The position numbers were made by a program, and so were the translations under genes. A stretch of DNA of 64,000 nt from a virus (taxonomy: Duplodnaviria; Caudoviricetes). The stretch lies in IMG/VR virus record IMGVR_UViG_3300020207_000022, positions 1,834 through 65,833 of that record. The stretch is one strand, 5' to 3'. The notes under the pieces were generated by a model. It saw only the letters and a list, made by a program, of their open reading frames with translations. It searched no databases and was not told where the DNA came from. Shown piece after piece: positions 18,349-27,828 of this stretch (position 1 is the first letter of the stretch; each line of letters starts with the position of its first letter).

Positions 18349-18713
18349 TAAGTACTTTCCCCAAATTCGTTGTAGTATACACCTACATATGAGCTATAAG
18401 TTGGTGAAGACGGTATCGAACCTTCTTCGAAATAATTGTCGTCGACATAATATATATCTACGTAAGAATACGCTGCTTCTATAACATATCCCACATCTAC
18501 ATACCCAGGCGTTAAGTAAAATGCAGTAGTGTCTTGAAATTCGCCTGGGTTCGGTTCAACATAATTGAAATCAACAAATTCAAATAACTGTATTTCATTA
18601 TTACTTGGTGTCGACGTAAAGACATATGCCTGATCGATTAACGCCTGTTTTAAGACTGGATCTGTTTCTGCAGCAATAGCTGCGAGTAACGCTGCATAAT
18701 CTGGATTAGTCAT
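18348..18713 (-). CDS. structural-region protein
   Basis: between PAAR and the fibre; Tyr/Val-rich YV repeats. Confidence 0.65.
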   Translation of the reverse strand: MTNPDYAALLAAIAAETDPVLKQALIDQAYVFTSTPSNNEIQLFEFVDFNYVEPNPGEFQDTTAFYLTPGYVDVGYVIEAAYSYVDIYYVDDNYFEEGSIPSSPTYSSYVGVYYNEFGEST

Positions 18714-19007
18714 TTAACTACCTACGTTAACTTTAGGTGCTCCTGATTCCGCTTGGTTTGGAACCCAAGACCCATGACCCCCTGTTGCGTCTCCTGCCCT
18801 ATGAACAAATGCACCTACCGCTTTTACTTTTCCAGAACTACCAGTCGCAGGATCTCCACATGCAGTGGAGTCGCCTTTACGAATTACTGGATCACCTTGT
18901 GCCTCAACCTTATTCTGACCCGCAGTATATGGAGTTTTATGAAAAGGGTTGGGAGTAGGACTTGCGTGTCCTACGTGGAAGTGTGCAGTTGTGACTATCC
19001 TAGGCAT
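18714..19007 (-). CDS. PAAR baseplate spike-tip protein (gp5.4-like)
   Basis: 97 aa; RKGDSTACGD..GSSGKV...HRxGD, His residues. Confidence 0.85.
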   Translation of the reverse strand: MPRIVTTAHFHVGHASPTPNPFHKTPYTAGQNKVEAQGDPVIRKGDSTACGDPATGSSGKVKAVGAFVHRAGDATGGHGSWVPNQAESGAPKVNVGS

Positions 19008-19011
19008 AATT

Positions 19012-19263
19012 TTACCAAGTATTAATTTTGTTTTGTATCGACCTCGAACCTTGGTGGTGCGACTTTACATTTTTAAGAACATCTCTAAAACCATCATCTG
19101 GTTTGCGTAAACCCATTCTTACAGGATCACCAATAGATGGCGGTCTATTCAATAATTGTTGCAACTCAGGATGCGTATTTTTGTATTCATCCAGTTCAGA
19201 AATTTTCATTGTGATTTCAAATTCTTCATTAGTATTTATATTACGAAAGTTGTAAGTAGGCAT
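19012..19263 (-). CDS. FmdB-like small protein
   Basis: MPTYNF...KPDDGFRDVLK, typical of T4-like phages. Confidence 0.7.
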   Translation of the reverse strand: MPTYNFRNINTNEEFEITMKISELDEYKNTHPELQQLLNRPPSIGDPVRMGLRKPDDGFRDVLKNVKSHHQGSRSIQNKINTW

Positions 19264-19293
19264 GACATAGTCCTCATCAATATCTGTTTATTA

Positions 19294-19300
19294 TATTTAG
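19294..19300 (-). promoter_or_regulatory. late promoter variant CTAAATA
   Basis: located just past a terminator and ahead of the FmdB-PAAR-fibre operon. Confidence 0.6.
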
Positions 19301-19307
19301 GTAATAC

Positions 19308-19336
19308 AAAAAAAGACGGTCAATTTCTTGACCGCC
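19308..19336 (-). terminator. rho-independent terminator
   Basis: GGCGGTCAA-GAAA-TTGACCGTC followed by T7. Confidence 0.9.
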
Positions 19337-19342
19337 AGTCTT

Positions 19343-19390
19343 CTGATCTAATCCAAAGAGAAAGGAAAAAAGGAAACTAAATTAGATCAG
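19343..19390 (-). ncRNA. candidate 3'-UTR RNA: 14-bp stem with 20-nt pyrimidine loop
   Basis: CUGAUCUAAUUUAG-[UUUCCUUUUUUCCUUUCUCU]-UUGGAUUAGAUCAG directly upstream of the terminator. Confidence 0.55.
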
Positions 19391-19633
19391 GTATTCATCA
19401 TTCTCATTTTCCCACGCACTGATTGCGTTTCTGAAACCTAGTCCCAACATACCATCATACTCTGACATATCTTCCCAAACTTCAATTACTTCTTCGATCT
19501 GCGCTTGAGTTAATTCTGATGGACAATCCACACCAAAGTGTTCTTGGATATGACCATACGCCCATTCTGTTACTTCACCTTCAATCCAATCAAGCATCTT
19601 GTGAGGTTTGTGGATAGTAAATTTTTCTGACAT
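19382..19633 (-). CDS. acidic hypothetical protein
   Basis: GGAGA RBS before MSEKF. Confidence 0.7.
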   Translation of the reverse strand: MSEKFTIHKPHKMLDWIEGEVTEWAYGHIQEHFGVDCPSELTQAQIEEVIEVWEDMSEYDGMLGLGFRNAISAWENENDEYLI

Positions 19634-19646
19634 TTTATTCTCCATA

Positions 19647-20231
19647 TTATCCAGTGATTAAGTTGTAGATCTCTTTCCACCCTTGAACACGAGTGGCTTG
19701 ACCTGTGTAACCTGCGTTGTGAGTGTGTGCCATAAGGATACCTTCACAACCAACATTAATACCAACGTCGACGTTCTCAGGTTTGTCTTCAACCCAATAA
19801 CATCCTGTATCCCGATACTCTTCCATGACTTCGTCTTTGTCTGCACCTGTGTCCAAATACACAAACCGTTCAAAGACAGTGTCACCAAACAACTCCCGAA
19901 GGTTTTTGCTCCGTAAGTGTTGAGCGTAAGTATCATTACTCAAACTAGTGATTGCGTGGAAAACATATCCATGTTCTTCGTGCAGTTTTTTGACATACTT
20001 TACTGCGTCCCGAAGAGGAGCAAGTTTCCGCATCCACGCACTCTCGTTGAACATCCGAATCAACCGTTTGCATTCTTGTTTTTCAATTCCGTACTTGACA
20101 TCCATTTCATAAATGCCTTCTTGTACAACTTGATAACCGTGCCGATGCATCCACTGACCAAAAGCGTACTCCCAGTCTAGGACGACACCGTCACAGTCTG
20201 TCAATATTGTTTTCTCTTTTATTGCTATCAT
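19647..20231 (-). CDS. HAD-family 5'(3')-nucleotidase (T4 30.2-like)
   Basis: DCDGV motif I, ITS, WVEDKPEN. Confidence 0.85.
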   Translation of the reverse strand: MIAIKEKTILTDCDGVVLDWEYAFGQWMHRHGYQVVQEGIYEMDVKYGIEKQECKRLIRMFNESAWMRKLAPLRDAVKYVKKLHEEHGYVFHAITSLSNDTYAQHLRSKNLRELFGDTVFERFVYLDTGADKDEVMEEYRDTGCYWVEDKPENVDVGINVGCEGILMAHTHNAGYTGQATRVQGWKEIYNLITG

Positions 20232-20262
20232 AATCTACTACTTTCTCATTACTTACATTATT

Positions 20263-20291
20263 AATATAGTGTATTTGATAACAAATGTCAA
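20263..20291 (-). promoter_or_regulatory. sigma70-type early promoter
   Basis: TTGACA-17-TATATT with three A-tracts. Confidence 0.85.
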
Positions 20292-20319
20292 GAGCTTTTT
20301 TTGATTTTTTTTGATTTTT

Positions 20320-20496
20320 TTATGCGTCTCGAAAATCTTTAAAGTTCATATGTTTTTGTTTTCGATTTTCATTCTCACGCAGTTTGCGTTTCTTACCACG
20401 TTGTTTTTCCCGAATGCGATCTTCATTAAAGTTTCCCCATTCGTCATCGTCAAAACGATTTTTTTGCTTGCGAAAATTTTTGAACTTTTTAGACAT
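20320..20496 (-). CDS. small basic protein (58 aa, not in the ORF track)
   Basis: MSKKFKNFRKQKNRFDDDEW...; fills the gap in the operon. Confidence 0.6.
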   Translation of the reverse strand: MSKKFKNFRKQKNRFDDDEWGNFNEDRIREKQRGKKRKLRENENRKQKHMNFKDFRDA

Positions 20497-20501
20497 CTTT
20501 C

Positions 20502-20936
20502 TTAACTCAGTTTTAGTGGATCAATAAAAATTCGTGGAAGTCCTTCTTCCACAGTTTGTTTGGTCAGACCTTTCACCTTTTCTCTTGTGATCATCTGACA
20601 CAACATCTCAGAGTCTTCATCACACACATCTTCTAGCAGACCAATAAACAACGACTCACGTTTAGCTTGTTGTAGATTATCATAACCGCCTCCCTTTACG
20701 AAGATGCGTAGCTTCCTTGCTTCATGATAAAGCATCATTCCTTCGTCTGAAGTTGCATTCTCCTTGTAGGGTGGTGCAGTGTCTGGAACGAGGAATTCAA
20801 TATTCTCGTCATACCATAGACGAAGAATAATGCGTAGAGGAACAGAGTCGTGTTTTTGCAACCATTCTATTTTTTGTTTCTTACTTTTAAGTTTACCTGC
20901 TTGGTTCACGATTTCAGAAATCGGTATTCTCGCCAT
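20502..20936 (-). CDS. DUF6433-like conserved T4-like protein
   Basis: ISEI...K.EWL...LR.IL...D..IEF..P...PPY; RE.LFI.LLE. Confidence 0.7.
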   Translation of the reverse strand: MARIPISEIVNQAGKLKSKKQKIEWLQKHDSVPLRIILRLWYDENIEFLVPDTAPPYKENATSDEGMMLYHEARKLRIFVKGGGYDNLQQAKRESLFIGLLEDVCDEDSEMLCQMITREKVKGLTKQTVEEGLPRIFIDPLKLS

Positions 20937-20937
20937 T

Positions 20938-21798
20938 TTAAAAATCCTGTATATCAGTTAACAAATGTTTCAGTTTGTGTTTAATAAAGAAATTGAACAA
21001 ACCTTCACGTCCGACTTCTTTATCTCTATTATAAATTTCAAGAATTTCATCTTGATAATTCTGAGGGATTTCTTTTAAATCGATCATCATCTTGTTACGA
21101 TGATATCCCGAAAGAATTTCCTCATTCATTTCCTTTTCGCCACCATCCAACAGTGCGTACAACCGTTTGGATGTCATAGGACGTTGACGTTCGCCAATTG
21201 CAAGACAGTTGTCTGCAGACAAAACATTTGGAACACCGTCTCCTGCGTCACCCTTCAAAATGTGTTCTTTGAGGTATTTATCAGGATTATCATTTCTTAT
21301 CCAACGTTTCCGTACTGGGTCATATTGTCCAACGTTTGCATAACTATGCAATTGGATATAATCTTTATCACCAGACAAAATCAAGAACTTCTCGCCACCA
21401 GTGTTTAATTCTGTTCCATTATCATGAACAATAGTACCAATGATGTCATCAGCTTCAACTCTATCGACGTTAATTACCTTGTAAGGAAAACTTTCGTCGA
21501 TCTCATCACGGATCTTATGTATCACTGTGAATAGTTCATTCCAATCGATGTCAGACTCATTACGAGACTTCTTACGATTTGCCTTGTAGTAAGGGAAGAT
21601 GTCTTTGCGCCATACATTCTTACTATCACAACATATTACAATTTCACCCCATTCTTCTACAAACTTTTTTCGATTGTATCTGATAGAGTTTAAAAACATG
21701 TGACGGATCATACTCTCGTCAATTTCTACATTATGACCACCTGAGTTCGCAAAGAACGAGGCGAGCATAACTTGGTTAAAATCTACTAAGATTGCCAT
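20938..21798 (-). CDS. rnh: T4-type RNase H (5'-3' exonuclease)
   Basis: ILVDFNQV, WRKDIFPYYKANR, EADDII, SGDKDYIQL, GDxGDGVPN. Confidence 0.93.
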   Translation of the reverse strand: MAILVDFNQVMLASFFANSGGHNVEIDESMIRHMFLNSIRYNRKKFVEEWGEIVICCDSKNVWRKDIFPYYKANRKKSRNESDIDWNELFTVIHKIRDEIDESFPYKVINVDRVEADDIIGTIVHDNGTELNTGGEKFLILSGDKDYIQLHSYANVGQYDPVRKRWIRNDNPDKYLKEHILKGDAGDGVPNVLSADNCLAIGERQRPMTSKRLYALLDGGEKEMNEEILSGYHRNKMMIDLKEIPQNYQDEILEIYNRDKEVGREGLFNFFIKHKLKHLLTDIQDF

Positions 21799-21829
21799 AT
21801 CTAATTTCCAACAAATTTACATTATGTAC

Positions 21830-21858
21830 AGTGTACTACACTATATCACGAATGTCAA
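21830..21858 (-). promoter_or_regulatory. sigma70-type promoter
   Basis: TTGACA-17-TACACT. Confidence 0.6.
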
Positions 21859-21861
21859 GTG

Positions 21862-22824
21862 TTATTTTTCGGACTCCTGTACAATTAGTGAAAGAACTTG
21901 ATTCCACACATTTGTGAAAGACTCAATGCTGTTACGTGCAAGGTTGTAACGATCTGAGTAGGTGAAACGGTTGAAGTAATTTGGGTTTTCTTTCTGCACA
22001 TTTAGAACTTGTGCAGCGATACTGAATGCGTAGTTTGCGTGTTGCATTTTATCTTCGTTGTATTCATATACGATTGTTGCGTTAGCCGCAGTCTCTGTCA
22101 ATGCACCATAGTTAGGGTGAATAACAATGACTTGGTTCTTGATAGCTTCAATCATTGCAATACAAGATGTCTCTTTCCAAATATTTGGATACAAGAAAAT
22201 ATGAGACTTCTTCAAGGCGTCGACAACAACATCATTAGGCTGCCAACCATGATAAGTCATGTGGGGGTGGTCTTCAATTTGTTTGAACAATGGTTTGTAA
22301 GGTTCATCTCGTTGTTCCCATCCGTAAATACCAAACGAGGAATATACATCAAGATGAATGTTGTCAAAACTTTTTGTCAACGCATCGAAGATAGGAACAA
22401 GAAGTTCCAATCCACGGTGTGGTGTTGTGTGGTAGATAAAACGAATCGTATCAACATCTTTATTGACTGGTTCGTATTGAGACTCTACTGCGTTGTAGAT
22501 TACTGTTGTCTTCGAATAAGGAATTCCAAAACGTGTGATGTACTGATCACGTTGCCACGCAGACACAAACACAAAATGCGCAAACTGTTGCCATCCATTA
22601 TTTGCAAGAATGTTCATTTCTGGATCTTCTGCGAGATCATGACAGTATAGAACGTTTGGAACATCGTCTGCTAGTTGTCGTGGACGTGAGAAGTGAATTG
22701 CAACTTTCTCTAACCATTTTGGGTCCACATTTTTAAGGACACGTTCTCGCATCATTTCAGTTCCACCAAATGAATTGGCAGATACTTCTGATTCAATCAC
22801 TTGACCTTTATATATTACACTCAT
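21862..22824 (-). CDS. GT-B (GT4-like) glycosyltransferase
   Basis: GGTE, HD, PHRGL, YP..W.ETSCIAMIEA, GALxET; start MSVIYK after GAGGA. Confidence 0.85.
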   Translation of the reverse strand: MSVIYKGQVIESEVSANSFGGTEMMRERVLKNVDPKWLEKVAIHFSRPRQLADDVPNVLYCHDLAEDPEMNILANNGWQQFAHFVFVSAWQRDQYITRFGIPYSKTTVIYNAVESQYEPVNKDVDTIRFIYHTTPHRGLELLVPIFDALTKSFDNIHLDVYSSFGIYGWEQRDEPYKPLFKQIEDHPHMTYHGWQPNDVVVDALKKSHIFLYPNIWKETSCIAMIEAIKNQVIVIHPNYGALTETAANATIVYEYNEDKMQHANYAFSIAAQVLNVQKENPNYFNRFTYSDRYNLARNSIESFTNVWNQVLSLIVQESEK

Positions 22825-22834
22825 AATTTTTTCC

Positions 22835-23389
22835 TCATACGATTGGTGTTTTTGCGTTATTTTCAAAGACCTGTGTGGGATGATCCAAATCTCCAAGTCT
22901 ACTTTCTACTTTCTTGTGAACATTCCAATAAATGTGACCATATGCATTTGCAGTTTCCCATGCATCCATTTGTTCAAAACCATTTTTGTCAAAGAATGCC
23001 TTTATTGCAAGTCTTTCTGTTACATTTATCCCATGTCCAAAATATTTTGCGCAAGGCGCATGTCCAATATAATATCCCCCAACTTCAACCATCTTCGCTG
23101 CATTTGAATATGCAGTATGAACGTCCCAGATGTGTTCAATTGTCCCTAAGTTCCATACAACACCAAAACTTTCATAAAGATCAGAACAATCATCTACGAG
23201 AGATCTTTGGAGATTATTCTCGTCCCCAGCTTGGGGATCCATTGATTGGTATGATGTCAGTTTAAACCATTTTTTTGGTGGATCAAACTGAGGATGATAT
23301 GTAGTTGCGCCTAACATCAACATTGATCTGCCCTCAGTATAAGGCAATAACCTTTCATAGTGTTGTTTGTGTTGGTCAATTAGTGTCAT
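22835..23389 (-). CDS. putative SAM-dependent methyltransferase
   Basis: LMLG, GTIEHI, GGYY. Confidence 0.55.
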   Translation of the reverse strand: MTLIDQHKQHYERLLPYTEGRSMLMLGATTYHPQFDPPKKWFKLTSYQSMDPQAGDENNLQRSLVDDCSDLYESFGVVWNLGTIEHIWDVHTAYSNAAKMVEVGGYYIGHAPCAKYFGHGINVTERLAIKAFFDKNGFEQMDAWETANAYGHIYWNVHKKVESRLGDLDHPTQVFENNAKTPIV

Positions 23390-23398
23390 ATGTTTTCC

Positions 23399-24154
23399 TT
23401 AGTAGTCTAAAGTGTTTCCGTGAAATATTTCATCAAGACTTAAATTACGGCCTGTGTTTTCCCACCATGATCTGATTACATGATAAGACCGCACACTTGC
23501 ATCTACTTGTGCGTCTGGATTGAAAATATTTTTTGAAGTGAATTGTTGTACGTTATGATTGAATAGTGGGAAAGTATAAACCCTGTCAAACCCCCAAAGA
23601 ACCGCATTCTCTAAGGATAACGCTGCCCCTACAGGCATTCTATAATGTATTGTATCATCTCCTTGGTCAAAATAAAATTTCACCAACTTAGTCGCATATT
23701 TTCTTTTCAACATATAACATTGCAAACCATGATCTTGTTGTTCACGTTTTCTTGGAGTCATGTTAGGTGAACTCTCATGAACAAGACCTAATTGTAGTGC
23801 GCCCCATTTTGAACCCATGCGTTCAATAAATTCTTCAAATGTAAAGTTCCAATGTTCAACAGTGGAGAGATCTGCATCATCTTCGAAAAAGATACCCACA
23901 TCATCGTTAGTATTTTCCAACCAAGATTTAATAGTGAGTAGATGAGAAGTAGTTGTACCTTTGTCAACCCAATAGGGTTCTATCATCTCATCACAAAACG
24001 CCTTAACATTTGAGTTTTCATATCTTTCATACTGGTGAAACGAAACCACACCACATCCCAGATTATTAAACTGGGTGGCCATATAAGTCGCACGATCTTC
24101 AGACTCATAAAGATTAATCACGTTAGGTATAGGCATACCCTTCAATTTACCCAT
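23399..24154 (-). CDS. GT25-like glycosyltransferase
   Basis: INL...DR..YM, SHL, FEDD, W..LQL, CY.L....A.KL. Confidence 0.75.
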   Translation of the reverse strand: MGKLKGMPIPNVINLYESEDRATYMATQFNNLGCGVVSFHQYERYENSNVKAFCDEMIEPYWVDKGTTTSHLLTIKSWLENTNDDVGIFFEDDADLSTVEHWNFTFEEFIERMGSKWGALQLGLVHESSPNMTPRKREQQDHGLQCYMLKRKYATKLVKFYFDQGDDTIHYRMPVGAALSLENAVLWGFDRVYTFPLFNHNVQQFTSKNIFNPDAQVDASVRSYHVIRSWWENTGRNLSLDEIFHGNTLDY

Positions 24155-24170
24155 AACAAAATTCCAATTA

Positions 24171-24386
24171 TTATTCTATGCCGTTTGTTACCAAGTCATC
24201 TACAAGTGCGATAACCATATCCACATCGTCTTGTGAACATGGGGGGATTTCACCACTATAGATACCTATCGTAATATTCTCTTCAATCTTATCTCTGTTC
24301 GATTTACCCTTAACAAAGGGTCTGTGATAGTCGTTATAGAGAATGGTAAAAACCATCTCACCGTGTTGTTCAGCTGTCAATAACAT
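24171..24386 (-). CDS. hypothetical protein
   Basis: 71-aa ORF. Confidence 0.55.
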   Translation of the reverse strand: MLLTAEQHGEMVFTILYNDYHRPFVKGKSNRDKIEENITIGIYSGEIPPCSQDDVDMVIALVDDLVTNGIE

Positions 24387-25008
24387 CTAACTCTTTACCT
24401 ATTACTAGTTCGTATATTTCTTCTAACGATCTATGAAGATCAGAAAGATCTCCATTATTATATATGCGATATGTGAGAACTGGTAGTTCTACTTCTTGCA
24501 CATATTCTTCTTCAAACTTAGATTTGAAACCGTTGACAAATGTTTTGAAAACGGATCCATTAAAATATCTACGAGAGTCAGAACGATAACTACAACCCTC
24601 ACGAACAAGTTGAACTAAAATAACGTTTTCTTCTCCAACTTTGTCTAGTAATGGTTCTATCTCTTCTACAAATCCGCCATCACTGATTGCGTACTTTTCA
24701 TTGTATTCAACTTGACTCGCAACCTGATCACCAAAATACGACTTACCATATTTTGGTTTTACGATTTCTTCTGATGTGTGAATCATCGCTTGACGACGAG
24801 ACATTCCACGAAGATCTTCTTCGGGTACTTCTTTCAGATCACGATTGTTAAATCCATCCATAAACCAAATGGTATCTACATCAAACTCTTTGATCGTTTC
24901 ACGAAACAGATGGTGTTTGAAACTAAGATGAGCAAAACCACGGCGTTTAAAAAACGCTGCAGCTTCATCTTTGCCAGAACCTGGCGGACCATTAAATATA
25001 ACTATCAT
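24370..25008 (-). CDS. deoxynucleoside monophosphate kinase (gp1-like)
   Basis: NGPPGSGKD P-loop, ISDGGFxEE, DSR, NNG. Confidence 0.8.
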   Translation of the reverse strand: MIVIFNGPPGSGKDEAAAFFKRRGFAHLSFKHHLFRETIKEFDVDTIWFMDGFNNRDLKEVPEEDLRGMSRRQAMIHTSEEIVKPKYGKSYFGDQVASQVEYNEKYAISDGGFVEEIEPLLDKVGEENVILVQLVREGCSYRSDSRRYFNGSVFKTFVNGFKSKFEEEYVQEVELPVLTYRIYNNGDLSDLHRSLEEIYELVIGKELDVIDS

Positions 25009-25193
25009 TATTTTTCCCAGTGTTTCAACAATTGTAGATCTTCACCAGATCCTTTAGTCTTAATATAACCATCTATAATCAATTTGTCAATGATTGTCTC
25101 AACAAATTCTTCCAAGTTTTCGTTTTTACCAATGTGGTGACCGATAAATGTTCCAGCCACGTAAGCGAAGAACAACCAGATGATCATTTCCAT
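25008..25193 (-). CDS. small membrane protein
   Basis: N-terminal TM, AGGAG RBS. Confidence 0.65.
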   Translation of the reverse strand: MEMIIWLFFAYVAGTFIGHHIGKNENLEEFVETIIDKLIIDGYIKTKGSGEDLQLLKHWEK

Positions 25194-25203
25194 CTTTACT
25201 CCT

Positions 25204-25431
25204 TTAGAATGTGTCGTTTACAATATTACTTATTTCAGATTGAAACGCCTTCTTCCATTCATCATCAGTGATCCCTGCGAGTATAAAGGTTCGATCATCA
25301 TCATTCAAATAAGGCATGGCTTCGTAAATACTCACATACCCCTTTTCCCACATCTCATAATCTTTAGGTTTTACTTTGACTTCACGTGTACGATAAACAC
25401 CAGTCAGTGAACTCTTACGTTTGATCTGCAT
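25204..25431 (-). CDS. conserved small phage protein
   Basis: RKSSLTG...W..G..I..AMP.L....R.FI..GIT.DEW. Confidence 0.7.
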   Translation of the reverse strand: MQIKRKSSLTGVYRTREVKVKPKDYEMWEKGYVSIYEAMPYLNDDDRTFILAGITDDEWKKAFQSEISNIVNDTF

Positions 25432-25984
25432 TTTCTCTCTCCGTTTCAAAACCGAACTTCGCAATATAGTAAGCATCCACAATGTCACTTACAGGGTTCC
25501 ATTGTTTAACTGATATTATACCGATTTTTTCACGAATGTCAACCCCTGTTTCAGAAAAAAATGCATCATACATATTTTCTTTCTTTGCATTACCCTTTCC
25601 AGTTGCAAATTTCTTAATCACAGTAGGCGGAGGCACGTCATATGGAATTCCATGAACACGTGACACCATGTACTTAAGGAGTCCTGCATTCTCTGCAATC
25701 TGAAAGACACGACCAACCGCACCGAAAGCGTAACCTTCGATGAGAACTTTTTCTGTCTTATGTTTGGTGAGGATGTTAAGAGACCAATTGGACAGTTTTT
25801 CAAACCTGTCCATGTCATCTTCAAAGTCTGGATACAGAGTTGCATTAAACTGTTTCTCTGGATGCAGAAGTTTGTCACGTTTTACCATGTAATAAAACTG
25901 ACAATTTTTGTAATCCCATTCGTTTCCTTCGTGGATACAAATAGCGGGGGAAGTTAAACTGTAGTCTACACCTGCAATTACCAT
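25415..25984 (-). CDS. RuvC-like Holliday junction resolvase
   Basis: GVDYS, IEGY, KKFATGKGNAKK, DIVDA acidic tetrad. Confidence 0.8.
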   Translation of the reverse strand: MVIAGVDYSLTSPAICIHEGNEWDYKNCQFYYMVKRDKLLHPEKQFNATLYPDFEDDMDRFEKLSNWSLNILTKHKTEKVLIEGYAFGAVGRVFQIAENAGLLKYMVSRVHGIPYDVPPPTVIKKFATGKGNAKKENMYDAFFSETGVDIREKIGIISVKQWNPVSDIVDAYYIAKFGFETERENADQT

Positions 25985-26021
25985 AATACATCTCCATAAT
26001 CTATTGGTAGATATATTTAGG

Positions 26022-26849
26022 CTAGATGGAGTCTATTTTTACAATGTCTTTCGGATCAATATAATTGATGTTTTTACGTGATGGTTTCTTTTTGGGTTTG
26101 ACACGTTGTTCTTTGATCGCTTTTGCAGATGTAATCAACAGGATAACTGCGAGTGGATCGAACACAACGATGATAAGAATAATCGCCCAACGAACCGCAT
26201 CGGCAAGGTTCGCCTCCGCTTCATCTCCATAAACAAGTTCTGCGACATACTTGATAGGACCAACTTCGACTTCGAATGCACGAACTTCTACATTGATTTC
26301 TGCAATCTGATCTTTATATTCGTCTATCTTATCATAGGCTGCATCAATGTCTGCGTTTAGTTGTGCACGTTGTTCTTTTTGATCTTCACGTGCCGCTAGT
26401 CCTTTAGTTACTGCACCAACTTCATTGTATTTGTCTAAGGCGGCATCTAAATCATCAAGGGTTTTATTTGCACGAGCAATCTGAGTATTCTGTCTTTCAA
26501 TACGATCTTCGATTCTTTCGATTTGTGCGGTGTACTCTCCACCACTCGCTTTAGTTTCAATGTGCGCTTTTGAGAGATACCCAAAGATCCCCATAGAAGT
26601 GATGATCATTAAAATGAAAACGGCAGTCAGTAGATACAGTTTACTAAGCCACCCTACAGATTTCCAGTACAAATGTAACCAGACCGCACTAACAAGTTTG
26701 CCAACTTCTAAGATAGAAGCCATGACAATAACAGACACGACTGCACCTGCGAAAATGGTTGATAAACCAATCACAGAAAAATATGCTGCGACTGCAGCAA
26801 TTGCAAACGCAGTAAACAGCGTTAACGTCTGCATAAACCTGTTGAACAT
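26022..26849 (-). CDS. multi-TM coiled-coil membrane protein
   Basis: three N-terminal TMs, LEVGK, TSMGIFGYLSKAH, EVGPIKY, VFDPLA. Confidence 0.8.
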   Translation of the reverse strand: MFNRFMQTLTLFTAFAIAAVAAYFSVIGLSTIFAGAVVSVIVMASILEVGKLVSAVWLHLYWKSVGWLSKLYLLTAVFILMIITSMGIFGYLSKAHIETKASGGEYTAQIERIEDRIERQNTQIARANKTLDDLDAALDKYNEVGAVTKGLAAREDQKEQRAQLNADIDAAYDKIDEYKDQIAEINVEVRAFEVEVGPIKYVAELVYGDEAEANLADAVRWAIILIIVVFDPLAVILLITSAKAIKEQRVKPKKKPSRKNINYIDPKDIVKIDSI

Positions 26850-26873
26850 TTTTCTATTCCCTTGTGAATATAA

Positions 26874-26881
26874 TATTTATA
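26874..26881 (-). promoter_or_regulatory. T4-type late promoter TATAAATA
   Basis: exact consensus 25 nt upstream of the ATG at 26849. Confidence 0.7.
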
Positions 26882-27587
26882 TTATTTCACGCAGTTTATA
26901 CCAAGTGTCTTTCCAATCTTTAACTGCAAAAACATTCTTTGATTTTAAATTTTTACCCAAAGGATAATCATTGCCACCCTGTTCCATTTTATCTCCAAAG
27001 AAATAAATGTCATCATATGGTGCGTCAAAGTCTTCTAAAATCTGACTTTTGTCTCCACCCTTACGATATATATCCACACCAGTCTCGCCACCAACCGTAG
27101 CGGTTATATTAGGAAATTCGCTGTTGATTTGATACGCAATACTTTCTCTTTCACGATTTTCCAAATCATGTTTGATGTAAAGTTTGCGTTCTCCAAGTGT
27201 CAGTGGGGGATCATAGGGTCTACCGATGATACTGAAGTTGATAGTACCCGCTCGTTCTTCAATGTGATTTCCCATACGTAGAGGGAAAGAACTAGTCTGC
27301 AACCAACCGTACATCAAGTCATAAAGTTCTTGTGGTGGATTAAAAGCTTTCGTATTGACACGTCTACCTTTAAAGAACGTATCATTGCCAGAACAATTAT
27401 ACACTGTGACAACGTTTTCGCAGATATCTCGACCAAGTTGTTCAAGAGTTTTGGGATAATCACTTCCTGTAACTAACCACACTTTGTGTTTCTTCATGAA
27501 TTTCAAAAAGAATTCTTTAAACAAAGGATCTATAGTACCCCTACTTGGTGTAAGAGTACCATCTACATCAAAAATAAATTTTTTCAT
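26877..27587 (-). CDS. eukaryotic-type phosphomannomutase (HAD IIB)
   Basis: FDVDGTL, GSD, GNHIEER...NFS..GR, FFGDKxxxGGND. Confidence 0.85.
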   Translation of the reverse strand: MKKFIFDVDGTLTPSRGTIDPLFKEFFLKFMKKHKVWLVTGSDYPKTLEQLGRDICENVVTVYNCSGNDTFFKGRRVNTKAFNPPQELYDLMYGWLQTSSFPLRMGNHIEERAGTINFSIIGRPYDPPLTLGERKLYIKHDLENRERESIAYQINSEFPNITATVGGETGVDIYRKGGDKSQILEDFDAPYDDIYFFGDKMEQGGNDYPLGKNLKSKNVFAVKDWKDTWYKLREII

Positions 27588-27678
27588 CAGTCCAGTTCTT
27601 TATATACCCAACGTGTTGAAGGATGAGACCCAAACTCTCGTGCGTAAATTACTTTACCCACTCGTTCAAATATAAGTT

Positions 27679-27819
27679 TCATTTTCCCTGACCTCTATAT
27701 TTTTTCCAACTACGTTTTGCAGCTTTGTTTTTGGGACGTGAACGAACAGACTTCCCAATAGAAGTTGTTTTCTTAATACTCTGAACTGCAGAAACGGCGC
27801 TTCCAACTCTCGTGGCCAT
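27679..27819 (-). CDS. small basic protein ending KKYRGQGK (46 aa)
   Basis: AAGGAGA RBS; YRGQG C-terminus typical of T4-like marine phages. Confidence 0.7.
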   Translation of the reverse strand: MATRVGSAVSAVQSIKKTTSIGKSVRSRPKNKAAKRSWKKYRGQGK

Positions 27820-27828
27820 AATATCTCC

